Shown here piece by piece: positions 37,696 through 51,033 of a stretch of DNA of 64,000 bases; the first letter of the stretch is position 1; each line of letters begins with the position of its first letter. The position numbers and the translations under genes are program-made. This stretch comes from Squalus acanthias (lineage: Eukaryota), in contig CM059440.1 in the NCBI GenBank assembly GCA_030390025.1, positions 15,810,001 to 15,874,000 of the forward strand, in the 5' to 3' direction. The notes beneath the pieces were generated by a model. The model was not told the origin of the DNA. It saw only the letters and a program-made list of their open reading frames with translations, and ran no database searches.

Positions 37696-40193
37696 GTTCT
37701 TATTCTTCATTTCTGATTGAAGCAGCCATCTTTTCAGAGTGTCAATTTGCTGAAGGCTCCTGTACAGGCCAGAAAAGCTGTTTTTCACTTGGTCTTTATT
37801 GGAATTTCTTAGACATTTAAAACACTTCTAGGAAATGACAGCAAGTACTAAAAACCATCTCATTTTAAACAATCACTGAGAAGCAGTGCAAGGGCATGTT
37901 GAATCAATATGAGGTAGAGGTTTATTTTTAAATGCAAACTTGATGTGCAGTGTGAGCTGAAAAGAAGGAATATTGTTAGTCTGTTTCTCAAAAGATGTAT
38001 TGTAATTTGGCCTTCGTGCAGTTGCTAAACTTCTGTAGTCATACTTTAGGTGACTTTCACACAATACACAATGTCAAGTATATTGAAAATGTGTTATTTG
38101 TTGGCTAAAATACTTATGGAGTTGTGTTCAGCATCCTAGAAAAAAGTTACTGCGCTTTTAAGTACCAAACTATTTTTTGGAAGAGGGCTATTCATGAAGA
38201 AAGGGCAATATAAGGTGCGTGGGACCCTTAGGCTTCTGAATAGGAGGCATAGGTCATGACCTTCACTAGACTTAACAGAAATCTTGACTCATTAGAGCAA
38301 TGGACATGACTGTCATGGTGCTTGAAGTGTCAACAGACTTTAAATTAGGGCTAGCCACTCCTGAAGTAGAAAAATGCCGTCTTTGAAATTTGATCAGTGT
38401 TTGAAAACAACATTCTGATTGGCTGAACACTGTGTTGAAACTCAATTGAGGACAGCCAAGGCTTATGAGATGCTCTAATGTGTGACAGAGTCTTAAGCAA
38501 TTGTCCTATTCCGTATATCAATGGCCGTGCACAGATCTCTGCTTTTACATGAGACAGATTTTTTTTTAGTGGGGTGGGAGGGAAAGACCAAAAAAAACCA
38601 GAAGCTCAAAACAGTAGCAGAAGCTATGACTGAACGGTAATAATTGATTCCATCTGCATTGTACCTGGGAATTGAGGCTGGCAGAGTGAAAGATTTTACC
38701 AACTTGAAGTGGCTCTGTTGGGTACTGTGGCTGCCTTGAACTCTGGAGTTCACCCCATTCAACAGTGATTTCAGAGGATTGGCAGTTTGTGTAACTGTTA
38801 AAAGTACACTGGTGACTTTTCATTTTCTAGTTTCAGATTCCCATGTAAAGTTGATGGGCTGGTCTGGGGAGTTGAATGCGATAATTGCAAATGCATAGAT
38901 CTGCTCATGTCCATGTAAAATATTGGACAAATAATGTGATGCTTTCAAGAGTTAAAAATGAGATGTAATTTGCTCCTATTAGTTTAATGTGTTTTAAAAT
39001 GATAATGACCATCATGGAGAGAAGCAGCATTTTCTGTATCCAAAATGAGTTGTGGATTGTATTTTTCTGATAATGTGTGAATAAAGTTCAGCTGACCTGC
39101 AAAAATGTCTCTTTTAGCTTTGATATGAGATTGTAATGAATTGATTGTTATTGGAAGCTGTTTTTAAAGTTTAATATAGTTATGTATTATTGGTTGTATT
39201 TCTGGGTGTGATCTTGCCAAGTTTTATCTAACTCGTCTTTGTGTGGTTCAAATAGTTAAAACTGGAATTGTGGACAAAAAGTGTGTGCTGGGGGAGGATG
39301 AGAGTGAGGGGAAGTTGCTATGGCAGTGGATTAGTAAGCATTTTTAAAAACCAAAATGGACAGTGCATTTCACTGCTTTAGGAGAGGTCATTGAAAATTA
39401 TAAATTAATGCTTTGTGGGCATAAGTTATTGCATTTACATTTGATACCAGTTCAAAGAGAGCAGTATCATAATGTGAGACTACAGTTGTGTGCAGTACAA
39501 GATATCTCCAAATAGGGTAATGGTTAATCCTGTGGGTCATGCACCTCTGTAGGGGCAGATTACAAAAAAGATACAGTTTCTCAATCATAGTGAACAAGGT
39601 CCGCTTACAAGAATTGCAGTTGAAATTGTCGGTTCAATAACAACCCAAAATTTTATAGCTACATTGGGGCAGCTGATGTACCTAGCTGACAGTTGAGGCT
39701 ACGGAAAGGAAAAAAGCAATTTATATTTCAATTTGTAACAATTTGTTGTTTCTGCTTGTCCTTTTCCACGCATGCTTTAAATATGTTTATAAAACCACAC
39801 AGCGTGATGTACTGTTTTGCATCAGAAAAATTTGAAATGTACGTAGTTTTATTTCGGAAAGATACACTGTATATTGCAGATGACTTGGATTGATTGTAAA
39901 ATTTAATGTACAATTTCATGACATTTTCTTAACCTAGAATAATCTGTAAAGCAGCAAGTATATTTAAAATGTTAGTGTTACAGCCCAAAAATGAATGGAA
40001 TTTTTTTTTAAAGTACCAAACCAGCATCTATTGTGTTTTTAAATGACAAAATCAATATTCTTTGGCTGAAAGCTCTTTACTGACATAGGTTTTCCACCAT
40101 AGTTCAAAAACAAAAATGATTGGATCAGCTGCTTGGAGGCGCACCTTGTTATGACTCTCCTGAGTCAATTTTTTTTCTTCCTTCCTCTTTCAG

Positions 40194-40217
40194 ATGCTCC
40201 AGTTAACGTTCATTTAG
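40194..40217 (+). other. Candidate 24-nt microexon (or start of a longer exon)
   Basis: Very strong acceptor ttttttttcttccttcctctttcag; donor TAG|gtattg. Phase-1 frame reads xAPVNVHL. Confidence 0.3.
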
Positions 40218-41308
40218 GTATTGTGGGATACAGCCCAAGTCTCAACAATCTAGACTCAGTGCATAGTAACGCAAAGCTTGATAAAACTGAGTTAACAGCA
40301 TCATAATAACAGTCTACAGGAAGACCTGGATATTGGACCTGTATCAGCGGGTGCTAATAGAAGAAGTCCCATTGGGTCCTGTTGGTATATCCTAGCTGAG
40401 CATTGACAACATCATGTTACTTTGTGTATATGCAATCTAGATAAAGGTGTTGCATGGCTGTCATTCAGACACCGTCACCATGACGACATCCTTGCCTGTT
40501 CCCAGGCTTGCTCGTCAATTACATTCATGCTCTGATCAGCCTGTGCCATGAGAATCTACTAGGCCTGATTAAAAGCCATTTGAAGTACAAAGAACCCTTT
40601 GGTTGGCTGAGTGGAATCTAGCAAATTCTGTGTCGGTTTAAAGTGAACACAGCAACTTTTAAAAGCTTTTGCATGATCCTCATTTTGTAAAAAAAAATTC
40701 AAAGCACAACAATTGTGTTGACAACAACCAATAATAAGGAAGGCGATGTCCCCTGCAACCATGTTTTTTTTAAAATGTTGGACTAAAAGCAACCAGATGG
40801 TGCAGTGAAAGTAGATCAATGTGTTTGGCAAAAGCTGCCTTTAATGACAGCTTTGTTGTAACAAGAATTGCTGTTTTGGGCCTATAGAGGAAACCTATGT
40901 CATTACTGCTTTAAATCTAAACCCGGAGAACTTTTTGAAAGATGAGAGTGAAAAATTTGCTGATAGCAGGTTTGAGCCCCTACTGCACTGCAGAGCATGG
41001 AAGGCACTTGGCAAAGATTCTGCATTTGCCCACAAGAGGAAGGAAAATTGGAAGGGTACCCCACTGGGTTGCTCCCATGTAGCCCGCTCTGCTTCCTCAT
41101 CCTCAGAAGCATGTTGCCTGGGGAGGACCTGTGAGGGGAGAGATTAGGGGGAAAAGGGCCACCTGACTTTTGTTAGAGGGTAACAGACTCTCAAAATAAG
41201 GTTGGACAATAAGCCTTTCAGAAATCAAATCTACTAATCATGGTATATTAATAGAACACCAATTAAAATAAAATGTTGACATATATACTGATTATAATGA
41301 AGAATGGA

Positions 41309-41485
41309 GCAAAACCAGAAAATGCTGGAAATACATTGAGGTTCAGTCAGTATCTGTAATCTCGATGAAGGGTTACACCTGAAATGTTAACCTGTCTTTT
41401 CTCTTTCCAGATGCTAACTGACCTGCTAATTACTTCCAGCATTTTCTGTTTTGTTCAATGTGCAGTTTTTTTCTCTTTCTAGGAA
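41309..41485. mobile_element. Penelope-type palindromic element with 10-bp flanking direct repeat
   Basis: CAGAAAATGCTGGAA / TTCCAGCATTTTCTG arms; GAAGAATGGA at 41299-41308 and 41486-41495. Confidence 0.7.
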
Positions 41486-44214
41486 GAAGAATGGATTCTG
41501 AGTAGAGGTAAAAAAAAAGGTGCATGAACTGCACAATTGAAACATGAGTGGTTTAATAGCATTATTTAAACCCCTCAATTGTACCACTGCCTTTAATTCT
41601 TTCTAGATATTTGATGTTTGCAAAATAAGTGTTTTGGTGGAAAATGTACATCATACTAAGTAGGAAATTGCAGTTCTCTGTGCTTTGTGAGTTTCCAAGT
41701 GCTGTCTGTTTCAAGCATTATCTGTGAAAAGGTGATGAACTTTTGTTATAGATACAAATAGAGCAAAACTACACCAAATGTTGACCAGTAGAAGGATATT
41801 ACAAGATTTGTTTTTGCTTTTTCCACAATATGTTCTCTATTTAGAAGATAGCTTAATTTGCTGTATATTACAATTACCCTTGGTTTTATACACTGTATCA
41901 TTCTCTTTATGCTAGCCCCACTCCTGAAATTATGGTAAATAATTATTATGGTAGAATTAAGTAGACTGTAAGGTATTTTTATTTGACCAAAGTAGATAGG
42001 TTATAATTACAGGGAAAATGTACATCCAAATTAAAATACAGCTGTTCATTGCATTTTTTTAAGACCTTATTAAGTTCTGGAAGTTGTGCAAACTCGCATT
42101 TTTCTTCAGATTCCCCCTACAGCTAGAATAATCCTAGATATCTCAGAGGGATCACAAGCTCCACAGACCACAAGACCCCAGGCTGCAGCTGCAGCTATGC
42201 TGCTGGTTGTACTTGAAGTCAGGAAGAGAGGGGGGAGTGCAGAAGATAGAATTGCTGCAGTCTGGGCCTCCAGCCTGCTGGCTAGACTGCTGAAACTTAT
42301 TATGAGTTCCTCACCAGTGCCTCTATCTCTAAACTATTGGCTGATTTCCATGCCCTTTCTATGTGACCTTGCCTGGAAATAGAACAGAGGAATTTTCAAA
42401 CTGGATGCCATAGTGTAGACTCAGTACAGGGCTCCCTTTGCTTGATATTTGCATGGATGGAGTGCCTTTGCCCTAGGGTAATAAAACTGGAAGGAAAAAA
42501 AAGAGTAGTTATGTAAAAGCGTCTGTAATTAAAACTTGTTTTTCCAGTCCCTTATCGTTGTTTATGTCTACTGCAGTCTACTCCCAGAAGTTGCATTTTC
42601 AGAAGCCTCCTTTTGCAATTAGAGTAATTGTTCACAGAAGATTTTTATCTGTGGTAGTGAGGCTTAGTTTGGAGGGGGGGTGGGGGGCAGCGAGTGGTGT
42701 GGAGAGGAGAAAGCAGCAGTACAGCTGAAACCCGGTAGAATAAAGTGTCATGCACCCGTGTTTCAATAAGATACTGCAAATATGAATGTTATTAGTTGTT
42801 GACAAATCCAAAAGATTGAAATGTTTTTAGGTAGATCATTAAAATACACCATGCTACAGATTTTTAGGTGTTCCTGAATTTCATAACCTCTGGGCTAGAA
42901 ATACTACTGAACTGTTACTACACTTTTCAAGTCTCCAAAAGTGACCTTTCACAACAGTGAAAATAATAATTAGATATTAGGCAAGTGGAAAATATCACTC
43001 AAGCTGCCTATCATGTACTGTAATGGTCCCATTACTTGCACTGTACCACTATCAAAGTATTCGAAATCTCCTTATGAACTCTGATGCCTTCTTCATTTCA
43101 CTATACATGTTAATGTTTCAACCATATTTTCCCACATTTATACAGTAACTCGTGTATAAAAATTAAAATATTAACTCTAGTGGGAGTTGTGTGCAACTCA
43201 ATTTATTCCACTCACGAGAAAAACCTACAGTAATCGGAAATTGTTGTCTGTCACACTTGTGGAATAATTGGAGCAATTAACCACTCCAATACAGCACATG
43301 TATGTCATATAGAGCATGCTTGCACACTTGTATAAATATACACAAACATAATAAAGATTTATGGAATCAATATCTACAGCTACAAAAATAATATGATTGC
43401 TTTTACACTGAAGTCTCAGAGCAGTTAATTCTGGCTATGGGAGAAGTCCGGCAAGTAATATTGTGAAAAGCACCCTCCCAAAACAAAAGAAGCATTTTGC
43501 TATTATGCTGAAATTTTATTATAACCCGGCTGCATTTTAGCAAAATGTTGTAGCAATGACACACAAATGACACCCTTTTAAGGTGCTGTGTCGCCATATT
43601 GTGTAGTCTGTTGATTAAACAGATGGTGTGCCTACAACTGGGCCATGTTCTGAACAAACAGGCATTGGGCAGAAGAAAGAAAGGCAGACGATGTAAAAAA
43701 GGAGGGTAGTCGGGTAGATAGGTGTTGCTTCCACTGCGCAGTCCCACCTGGCTGCCACCTGCTTCTTAAGCTGGAATCAATGCATGCTCTGTTTTTCCTT
43801 CTGCTGTCTCCTTGGCCTCCAACAGGTACTGTACAAGGGCAAGATAAAGGTTTATTTAAGCATAAAGGATGCAGAAAGTAGAGCATTGGCAGGTGGTAGT
43901 GCAAGTTAAAGAGTCACTGCAGTTAAGGGGAATGAACTCAAATGTATTGAGTAAAATGTTGCACTTTTAAGGAACATGTATCAGGTAGAAGTTAAACTGT
44001 TTTAGATAACGGACCCTTAGAAGGAACTTTCATTCATTTGATTTAGTTCTGGATTTTTTAATCCGTTGTAGCATGAGTTCACATGAGATCTTAAATCACA
44101 AGGTGGAAGTTTCGGCAGTTGATCTGAACCTGAGCTGCATCCTTGAGGTGAATTCCAGCCTGTGTTCTGTACAATGCATATAGCTGGAGTTTGTGAGGGT
44201 TGTTTTCTCCTTAA

Positions 44215-44390
44215 TCCCCATTTTTCTCCCTTCCTCTCCTGAAGGCACTCACTTGTAATGAGTTACAGTTACACAGCACCTAGCATCCCGTAGGATTTTG
44301 CCCATATGGCTGTTCATCATTAGCGAACCTAAACATTAAGTAATGGCCGGCAGGCTTTTGTACCAGATATCCACACGTGTGTTTTTCTGA
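44215..44390 (-). mobile_element. Family A SINE 3' part
   Basis: atttttctcccttcctctcctgaaggcact...ggcaggct...atatccacacg. Confidence 0.65.
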
Positions 44391-44439
44391 TACCTCTCCC
44401 ACCAACTACCCTCCTGCCTGCTCAGGTGATCTACAGTCT

Positions 44440-44918
44440 CAGAGTCCCTCCCATCTCCAAACTGAACTTATACTTCACATCTATGAAGTCACTAAAACTA
44501 CATTTTTCATCCTTAGAGCATTGTCTGCTTACACCTCTATCTTTCTCATTTTGCACTGAAACCTTAATCAATATCCTTATAATGTTCAGGAGCAACTTCA
44601 CAAATGCCCTCACTAGATTCCTTCTCCATCCTTCACAAACACCAATTAATTCTGCTGCATGAGTCCTCTCACACATTAGATTACACACTTCCATTACTCC
44701 CATCCTTGCCAAGCTTCATTGATTTTCTGTCCCCCAGCTTATTGATTTCCAGGTCCTTGTCTTTGTTTTCAGATGCCTCCATGGCTTTCTCCCACTTTGC
44801 TTGAGCAATCTCCTCCAACCATATGTCCAAGCAGCAATCCTTTGCTCCTCTTCCTCTGGCTTACTGTTTGTCGCCCGCTCCCTCTGCTCTACCATTAGTG
44901 GCCAATCCTTCAGTCATT
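44440..44918 (+). mobile_element. Degraded L2 LINE ORF2 3' region
   Basis: C/T-rich remnant with ctgaaacctta.., ccattactcccatccttgccaagcttcattg (ITPIL..LHW-like), ctccatggc and tcctctggc. Confidence 0.7.
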
Positions 44919-45255
44919 ATCGGGTTAATTTTGACTTTGGGCGATTGTGTAAGAGGGGCAATATCAGATCAGCTGCCCGTTATACATCTCTCCGGATTTT
45001 AATTTCCATTACACACCAGTGAAACCTACCGGCCACCCAACGGAGGCCCCCATACATAAGAAAAAAAACTCCTCCGGGCTCTACAACGAAAGTCTGGGCT
45101 TCTGCTGCCGCAGGCTTCACCCCTTCCCACACACGTAACCTTTGTATTAGAAACTTCAGCGTAGTTTTTTTTATCATTTGTATTTCTTTCCCATTATAAA
45201 AAGTTCAAGTTGTACTTTGCACTTTTTCTTAATTAGGGTTGTCAAAGCATTTTTA

Positions 45256-45460
45256 GTTGCTGGAAACATTCAGCAGGTCAAGCAACATCTGAGGATAAAA
45301 CAGACAAGTCAACGTCTCAGGTGTGTGGACCCTTTGTCAAGACCGGGCCATCTACACACCTGAAACACAATTTTGTCTGTTCTCTCCATAGATGCTGACT
45401 GACGTACTTTTATGGTTTTTCCTTCAAATTTTCCAGCATCTGCAGTATTTTGATTTTTGT
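45256..45460. mobile_element. Penelope-type palindromic element
   Basis: gctggaaacattcagcaggtca..catctg..caggtgtgt / acacacctgaaac..tctctccatagatgctg..ttccagcatctgcagtattttg. Confidence 0.7.
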
Positions 45461-46839
45461 TCATTTTTACTTGTTACCTGATTCAGCTTTGCACTTTTTG
45501 TCAGCACTGGCTCTGACTGACTAGTTCAAACAAAAAGAATTCCTAAAATGTTGCTATTCTAACTGTTGTTGGATTAAGGCTGTCGGTGTGACTGTGCCAA
45601 GATAACTGGCTGTATGGAATGATTTGCTAAATTCTACTTGCACAAAGTGTGTTAAGCTGTTACTAAGCACTCTGCCAAGCACATACAACTGAATCTTTAA
45701 TGATTAAAGTAGTTCACAGATAAGGAATGATTAATACCCTCAAAGGAATTCTACGGCTGCCATTTGAGCATAATTATCAGTATAAATGTGAAAATTGTTT
45801 TTCTAGAAGGAAAAGCAAACTGCGAAGGAGACAATGTAACCTGCCAAACTCTTCAGAGGGATGAAATAAAAATGGTAGCAAAATTCACAAGAAAGATCTT
45901 TCAGGCCCTGTTAGGCAGAGATAAAATGTATCATGTCAGCCTGGGTTAAAAAATGTTATGTTAAGAGACCATAAAATGCTTTGAGCTTCACAAAGCCTGA
46001 TTTATGGAAGGGTTGATCACCCCAAATTTGATCACAAAGCTGATTTTATTTTTACTTCTTAAATTAGCTGATAGATTTATTTTTTGTAAGTTTATGTTTG
46101 TAAGATGCATGGATTTTAAAAAGTCCTCTGTGTGCTGGTATCTCTTTTTTGACCGCCTTTAACATAGCAGAAATCTAATTAAATAAAAAATGTATCAAAT
46201 ACACTCCCTCAAATCATTGGTGTAAAATTATTTGTTGGACCACTTAATTGCTGACCCTGACCCGATGAATGAACAAGAACTCCATGCAGTTGAGATCAAG
46301 CTCTGTAAATAGTACCTTAAGGGTTAATGATTGTTGCACCTTTTGTAATGTTTTACTATAAGTCTGTTAAATGGGACATGGCTGCTTCAGTCTCAAACAA
46401 TATGTATGTTTTAGATGAACCTGGTGAGACAGAGATACTCATTGCAAATACAAATTCTGATGCGCTGACCCCAGAGTTACGAAAAATTGTATTAAGTTAG
46501 CTTGCTTTGATCCGTCTTAATGACAATGGTGGAGCTGAAACCACAGTGATATAAGGTTGCGTTACACATTGCCTCTGAAGTCTGCAGGCCTTTATTCATC
46601 TAAGCAGAGTTTTGGCTGGTAGCCAAGATCATCTTACAGTCCATCCCTTTAGCATGCCAAGAATGTACAAAAAACAGCAAACACAGGAAATGCCTCTTCT
46701 CTTTTAACAGCTTCTCCAGCTGCAGTAGGGAGGAGGTACTACAGGGAGGTAAATTTTTTTTTTGAAGTTGTGAATAAAAAAACTACCTCTGCCAGAGCGT
46801 TGGTGAAATTTAGTGAACAGTTGCTTTTGTTTTATTTAA

Positions 46840-47232
46840 AAATTTTCTCCCTCCCTGAAGGTGTAACTCCTTACTTGGGTATGCTGTTTTGGACAAAATT
46901 CGCACTCCGGTGCCGCACCCAAGTAACCCATTCTTTGTGTGAACCTAGATAGTGAGCGTCAGCAGGCTGTTTGACCACAGGTGGCATCATAGCCAAGCCT
47001 AAACCTGTCCTTACTGTAAGGGGAATCACAGCTGTGTCCCGTCCTTGCTACACACACACAAAATCAGAGTCACTACATAGCAACCAGGAGTGCGAACTAT
47101 GGCCCATTTTCACTTCCCTAGCCCATGAACACTGGGGGTCAATTGTAGTTCCTCCACTGCCACATTGGCTCACATCACTCAAAACCTGGGATCACATCTG
47201 GGGCCTTGCAGTGTAGCTCATTTGCCCACTGA
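46840..47232 (-). mobile_element. Family A SINE, near full length
   Basis: attttctccctccctgaaggtg, cattctttgtgtgaacctagatagtgagcgtcagcaggct, cttccctagccc and caattgtag. Confidence 0.75.
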
Positions 47233-47347
47233 ATGACGTCAACAGTCTTAATTAGAGCGGATTGTACTTATACACATTCCTAACATAAGCAAATTCCCGG
47301 CAAATGTACCACGAATGCAATTGTCCAGGTTCTGCTCCATATGTAGT

Positions 47348-47456
47348 AAGGCGGGCGGGTACATGGAGTTGTGGTACAGATCCGGCATGATCTAATTAAA
47401 TGGTGGAACAGGCTCGAGGCACTGAATGTCCTACTCCTGTTCCTAGGTTTCTATGA
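47348..47456 (+). mobile_element. CR1 3' end
   Basis: catgatctaattaaatggtggaacaggctcgagg..tgaatg.cctactcctgttccta..ttctatg. Confidence 0.75.
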
Positions 47457-49084
47457 TGTAATCAGTCCTGTAATATGCAAGTGTGACTACACCCAGCTTT
47501 TTTCTACATCCTGACCTATTATATATAACAGAAATGCATTGTATATTTTATTTATATATTTGCTTCTCCTCATTCTTATCTACATGCACAGTTTAATGCT
47601 AAAAAAAAGTCCTAAAACTTGACATCTGAATATCAATGGCCTGAGATACTATATGTGATTGTAGGAGAAGTACTAAAGTGAAAATATCATCCACTAGTTT
47701 GTTTCTTAACTCATTGTAGCAAATAATCAAAGCTTTAGACAAGCAAGGCTGGAACAAACCATTTTGGGGACTTTTTTGAACATACTAATACTGAAGCTTC
47801 AAAGCTTTAGATGTGTGTCTGTTTGGAGTGGAGCTAGTTACGAGTGATTGGGAACAGTAACAATTATTCAAATTCAACATTTGAGCATTTAAGCTATGTA
47901 AAACAAAGTCTATTGCTTATTGTCACCATGAAAAATTGTAACCATCTTACTAGAATTTATGATGCTGGCTATCTATGGCCTTAACTTTGAGGCCTCCTGA
48001 AAGGAAGGACCTTTCAAAAATTGCGCTCGATAAAATTCAACAGAGCAGTGCTTGGTTGAGTAAAGTGCAATCAAGCCATTGGCTCCTTTTAACCGCTGTA
48101 TAAAACTGCTGCAGCTATGTTGTTGCCTTTGTATTGTTTTAAAAATATATTTCCTAACACTTCCCTTTCATTCATTTGTGTAAAAGCAAAGAAGGCAACA
48201 CTAAATATACTTTATGGTAAATTTAATGCATAGGTTAATTCGCCTGCTTTTAATCCCCCTTACTATGGGGATGTGACTTGTGCATCAGATTTTGTGGGCA
48301 GTATTAAATATTGTATATCTGAATATTTGGAACTGGCTACCCTTCATTAGCAATGTAAGATTCACTGTATTGTTTAATCTAGAAGGACATGTCCTGCATA
48401 AAGCCTCTATTGAGCATCAGATAGTGATTTGCAGCATCATGCCAAAAGCTTGGTTTAAAGAGATTTACAGTAGGTTAAAAGGTCAACCTTTGGTTACAGT
48501 ACATCCTGCCTTTCCAACATAACTGATTTGATGCTGGGGGAAGTGGGGAACTGCTGAGATTCTGTGCTGGTCAGATAGCCTCATCTACAGTGGGTTCAGA
48601 GATTAGAACCTCTCTTGAATAAATTGAGCTTTACCCATAACTGTATAAGGCCATAACTACTGATGGATTAAACTCTAATACAAATGTTTCTTATCTGGGT
48701 TTGGGGACTTGCCTGTAATCTGTCGTTGAGTCAATCTACGGTGGTCCGTTTGAGACTGTTATGTAAGGTTAGCCTGGTTTAAATAGAGGTGACTGTAATA
48801 TTCAGGAAAGCTTGCTCAATACAGAACTGTGACCTTAGCTTGTGCAGACGTCTGTCTGTGAAGGGCTTTATTCAAATTATGCGGTGATTCATAAATGCTT
48901 TTAGTGATTAGTTGAAAATCTCTTGGAATCTATCCCATTATAGATTTTGTCCAACGTGCATTATAAAATAGGAAATGTATTAGTGTTGGCCTTATTACAA
49001 AACGAACAGCATTTTGAAGCAATTTTTACCTCCAGAATATCTAGAAACATTCTATGTTCTAAAACAGATAGACAAAAAGATATT

Positions 49085-50207
49085 TAACCCTACACCTCCA
49101 CCCATCCCTCTCTATCTACATTATTACTTCTCCATCTCACTAGCCACCCCTCACTCCTCATCCTACTGCAAGCACACCAACTAACAACACACAAGGGTAG
49201 GCACTTGGGTGGTTTAGTCAATGTTCATGTGAAGTTTCTGGTAATGTGCTGTCAAACATTGAAATCTTTATTTTCAACACTTTGCATTCTTGAACAGATT
49301 TGTGTGCACCTTTGAAAGTGTCTTAGTGAGTTGCAGTGAATGCTGAGACATAACTCCCCCCAACCACCATGGTGATGAGTGCGAAAGGAATAGCTTGGAC
49401 ATTGTAGGAATGCTTTATGGTGCTGGTATGGGGTGGTGCCATCCTGGTGCAACATGTGGCAGCCAGGGTGTATAGTGTTAAGTGAAGCTAATCTGGATAT
49501 GGTGAGTCCATCGCTGGCGTCCCGGGCAGCACTGTGCACGGGTGATGATGCCCTGTGTCCAGTGCAGCATCAGTTGATTGTGGAGAAGGTTGGTGGTGGA
49601 TGTTGGTGCTGCTGGTCGTTTTGGGATTCTGAGGACCAAGGTGAGATTTTTTCAAGGGCACCGATGCTGATGGAATAGATGGCAGGTGAGGTTGAGATGA
49701 CAGAAGTAACCTGTCAATGTTGAGATAGGTTGTTCCAAGGAGGCGACAGTGGATCGAGAGATTACTCCAAACACTTCAAAAGTGCATTAAGCACAAAATA
49801 CTGAAGGCTGAAGCTTCTGAGATTGGAAACTGACCAGCTGTAAAATTTAAATAAAAAAGGTTTTAAACCACTTTTGCAGCTGTCACCTATTGAAAGAAAT
49901 GGAGAGTTGTTCAGAACCCGACATACTTACCTGGCGTGATCCCCGAGCGACAGGAACCTCATGGAAAACTTGGCAAAATGCTTTGGAACTGGGAAAATGG
50001 GGATTTAATTACTTAAAAACCCTCCTAACAAGCACAATTGAATGACCCGCCGCTTAGTGCCGTGTCTGCAAAGCGCAGGCAGAAACGGCACTTGGGAAAC
50101 TGACGAGGCAGGTTCAGAGCGGGATACCGGCCTCCTGTCAATCTTTTTGATTTTGACAGCGGACCCGCCTCCAAACCCGCCCTCTGAGCGCCGACAAAAT
50201 TCAGCCT
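49085..50207. mobile_element. Degraded Harbinger-like transposon fragment
   Basis: GC-richer block ending cccgcctccaaacccgcc...aaaattcagcc, a TIR type seen at 52245. Internal ctgtca and cttacc motifs. Left end not identified. Confidence 0.45.
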
Positions 50208-50254
50208 AAAGTGTCCAAAAATGATTGTGAAATTTCTGGATAGGGTTAAAGTTA

Positions 50255-50570
50255 CAGATAGGCTTGAACTCATGCCTGCTCAGCTAACCAATCTCATCCA
50301 AGACAGCAATAGGGAGGCTACAATTCGCCACTGTGGAGGGAAAGATCAACCATGGCTCCAGCTCCTGATCGCTATTCACAACACCTGCTGCAAATGCATA
50401 TGTGTGAACATTGGGCAAGGATAGGATTTTGATCGACAGTGACTTCCACCCACCCCAAGTCAAAGCAGGCTTCCACTCATGTAAATAATGGGTGAAGTTC
50501 TGGTGCCTGTGGAACTCCACACCAGTAAGTAGGCAATGCCTTCAGGAGAGAGGAGGCTGGGGGGAAAAAA
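50255..50570 (+). mobile_element. Family A SINE
   Basis: gctacaatt, gctcctgatcgctattca, ctgctgcaaatgcatatgtgtg and gccttcaggagagagga plus A tail. Confidence 0.7.
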
Positions 50571-50645
50571 TGACGAGGAAAAGATATTAAAGCAAATGTA
50601 AATTTCAAGGGGGCGTTAACTTTTAAAATTTAAATTCAACAGTAT

Positions 50646-50798
50646 GAGGGCAATTTTGACCTAACTCTTCCATCAGAAAACTGACGGGATTTGGTGCAAC
50701 ACTGGATTTACACCCCGCCCAATTTTACTCTCCATTGAAGTTACTTCCACTCAATCCGGTGAGTTTCCTGCCCGGCGAATTAGGTTAAAATTACCCCC
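50646..50798. mobile_element. Foldback MITE (Harbinger-like)
   Basis: GAGGGCAATTTTGACCTAA versus TTAGGTTAAAATTACCCCC; central ctccattgaagt. Confidence 0.75.
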
Positions 50799-51033
50799 GA
50801 TGGCTTTGTTCAGGAATATAGATGAGAGCCATTTTCAGAATACTTTACCTGTTCTTTCATCTTGCCAATCCTATAATTTTCACAGGACCATCGGGATAGT
50901 CTAAATTTCATTAAAATACAATGATTTTACTGTGTCTTTTTTCTAATATATTCTTTCAATCTGACTTAAAGCAGGCAACCAATTCCAACTGCAGTCACGA
51001 AAATTGCCAGATTTTCTCCGTGGGGAAAGAGAA

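Noticed and set aside
41483-41507. Apparent 25-nt exon (tttctag|GAAGAAGAATGG...GAG|gtaaaa)
   Set aside because: The acceptor comes from the repeat's end and the exon overlaps the flanking direct repeat; it is not frame-preserving.
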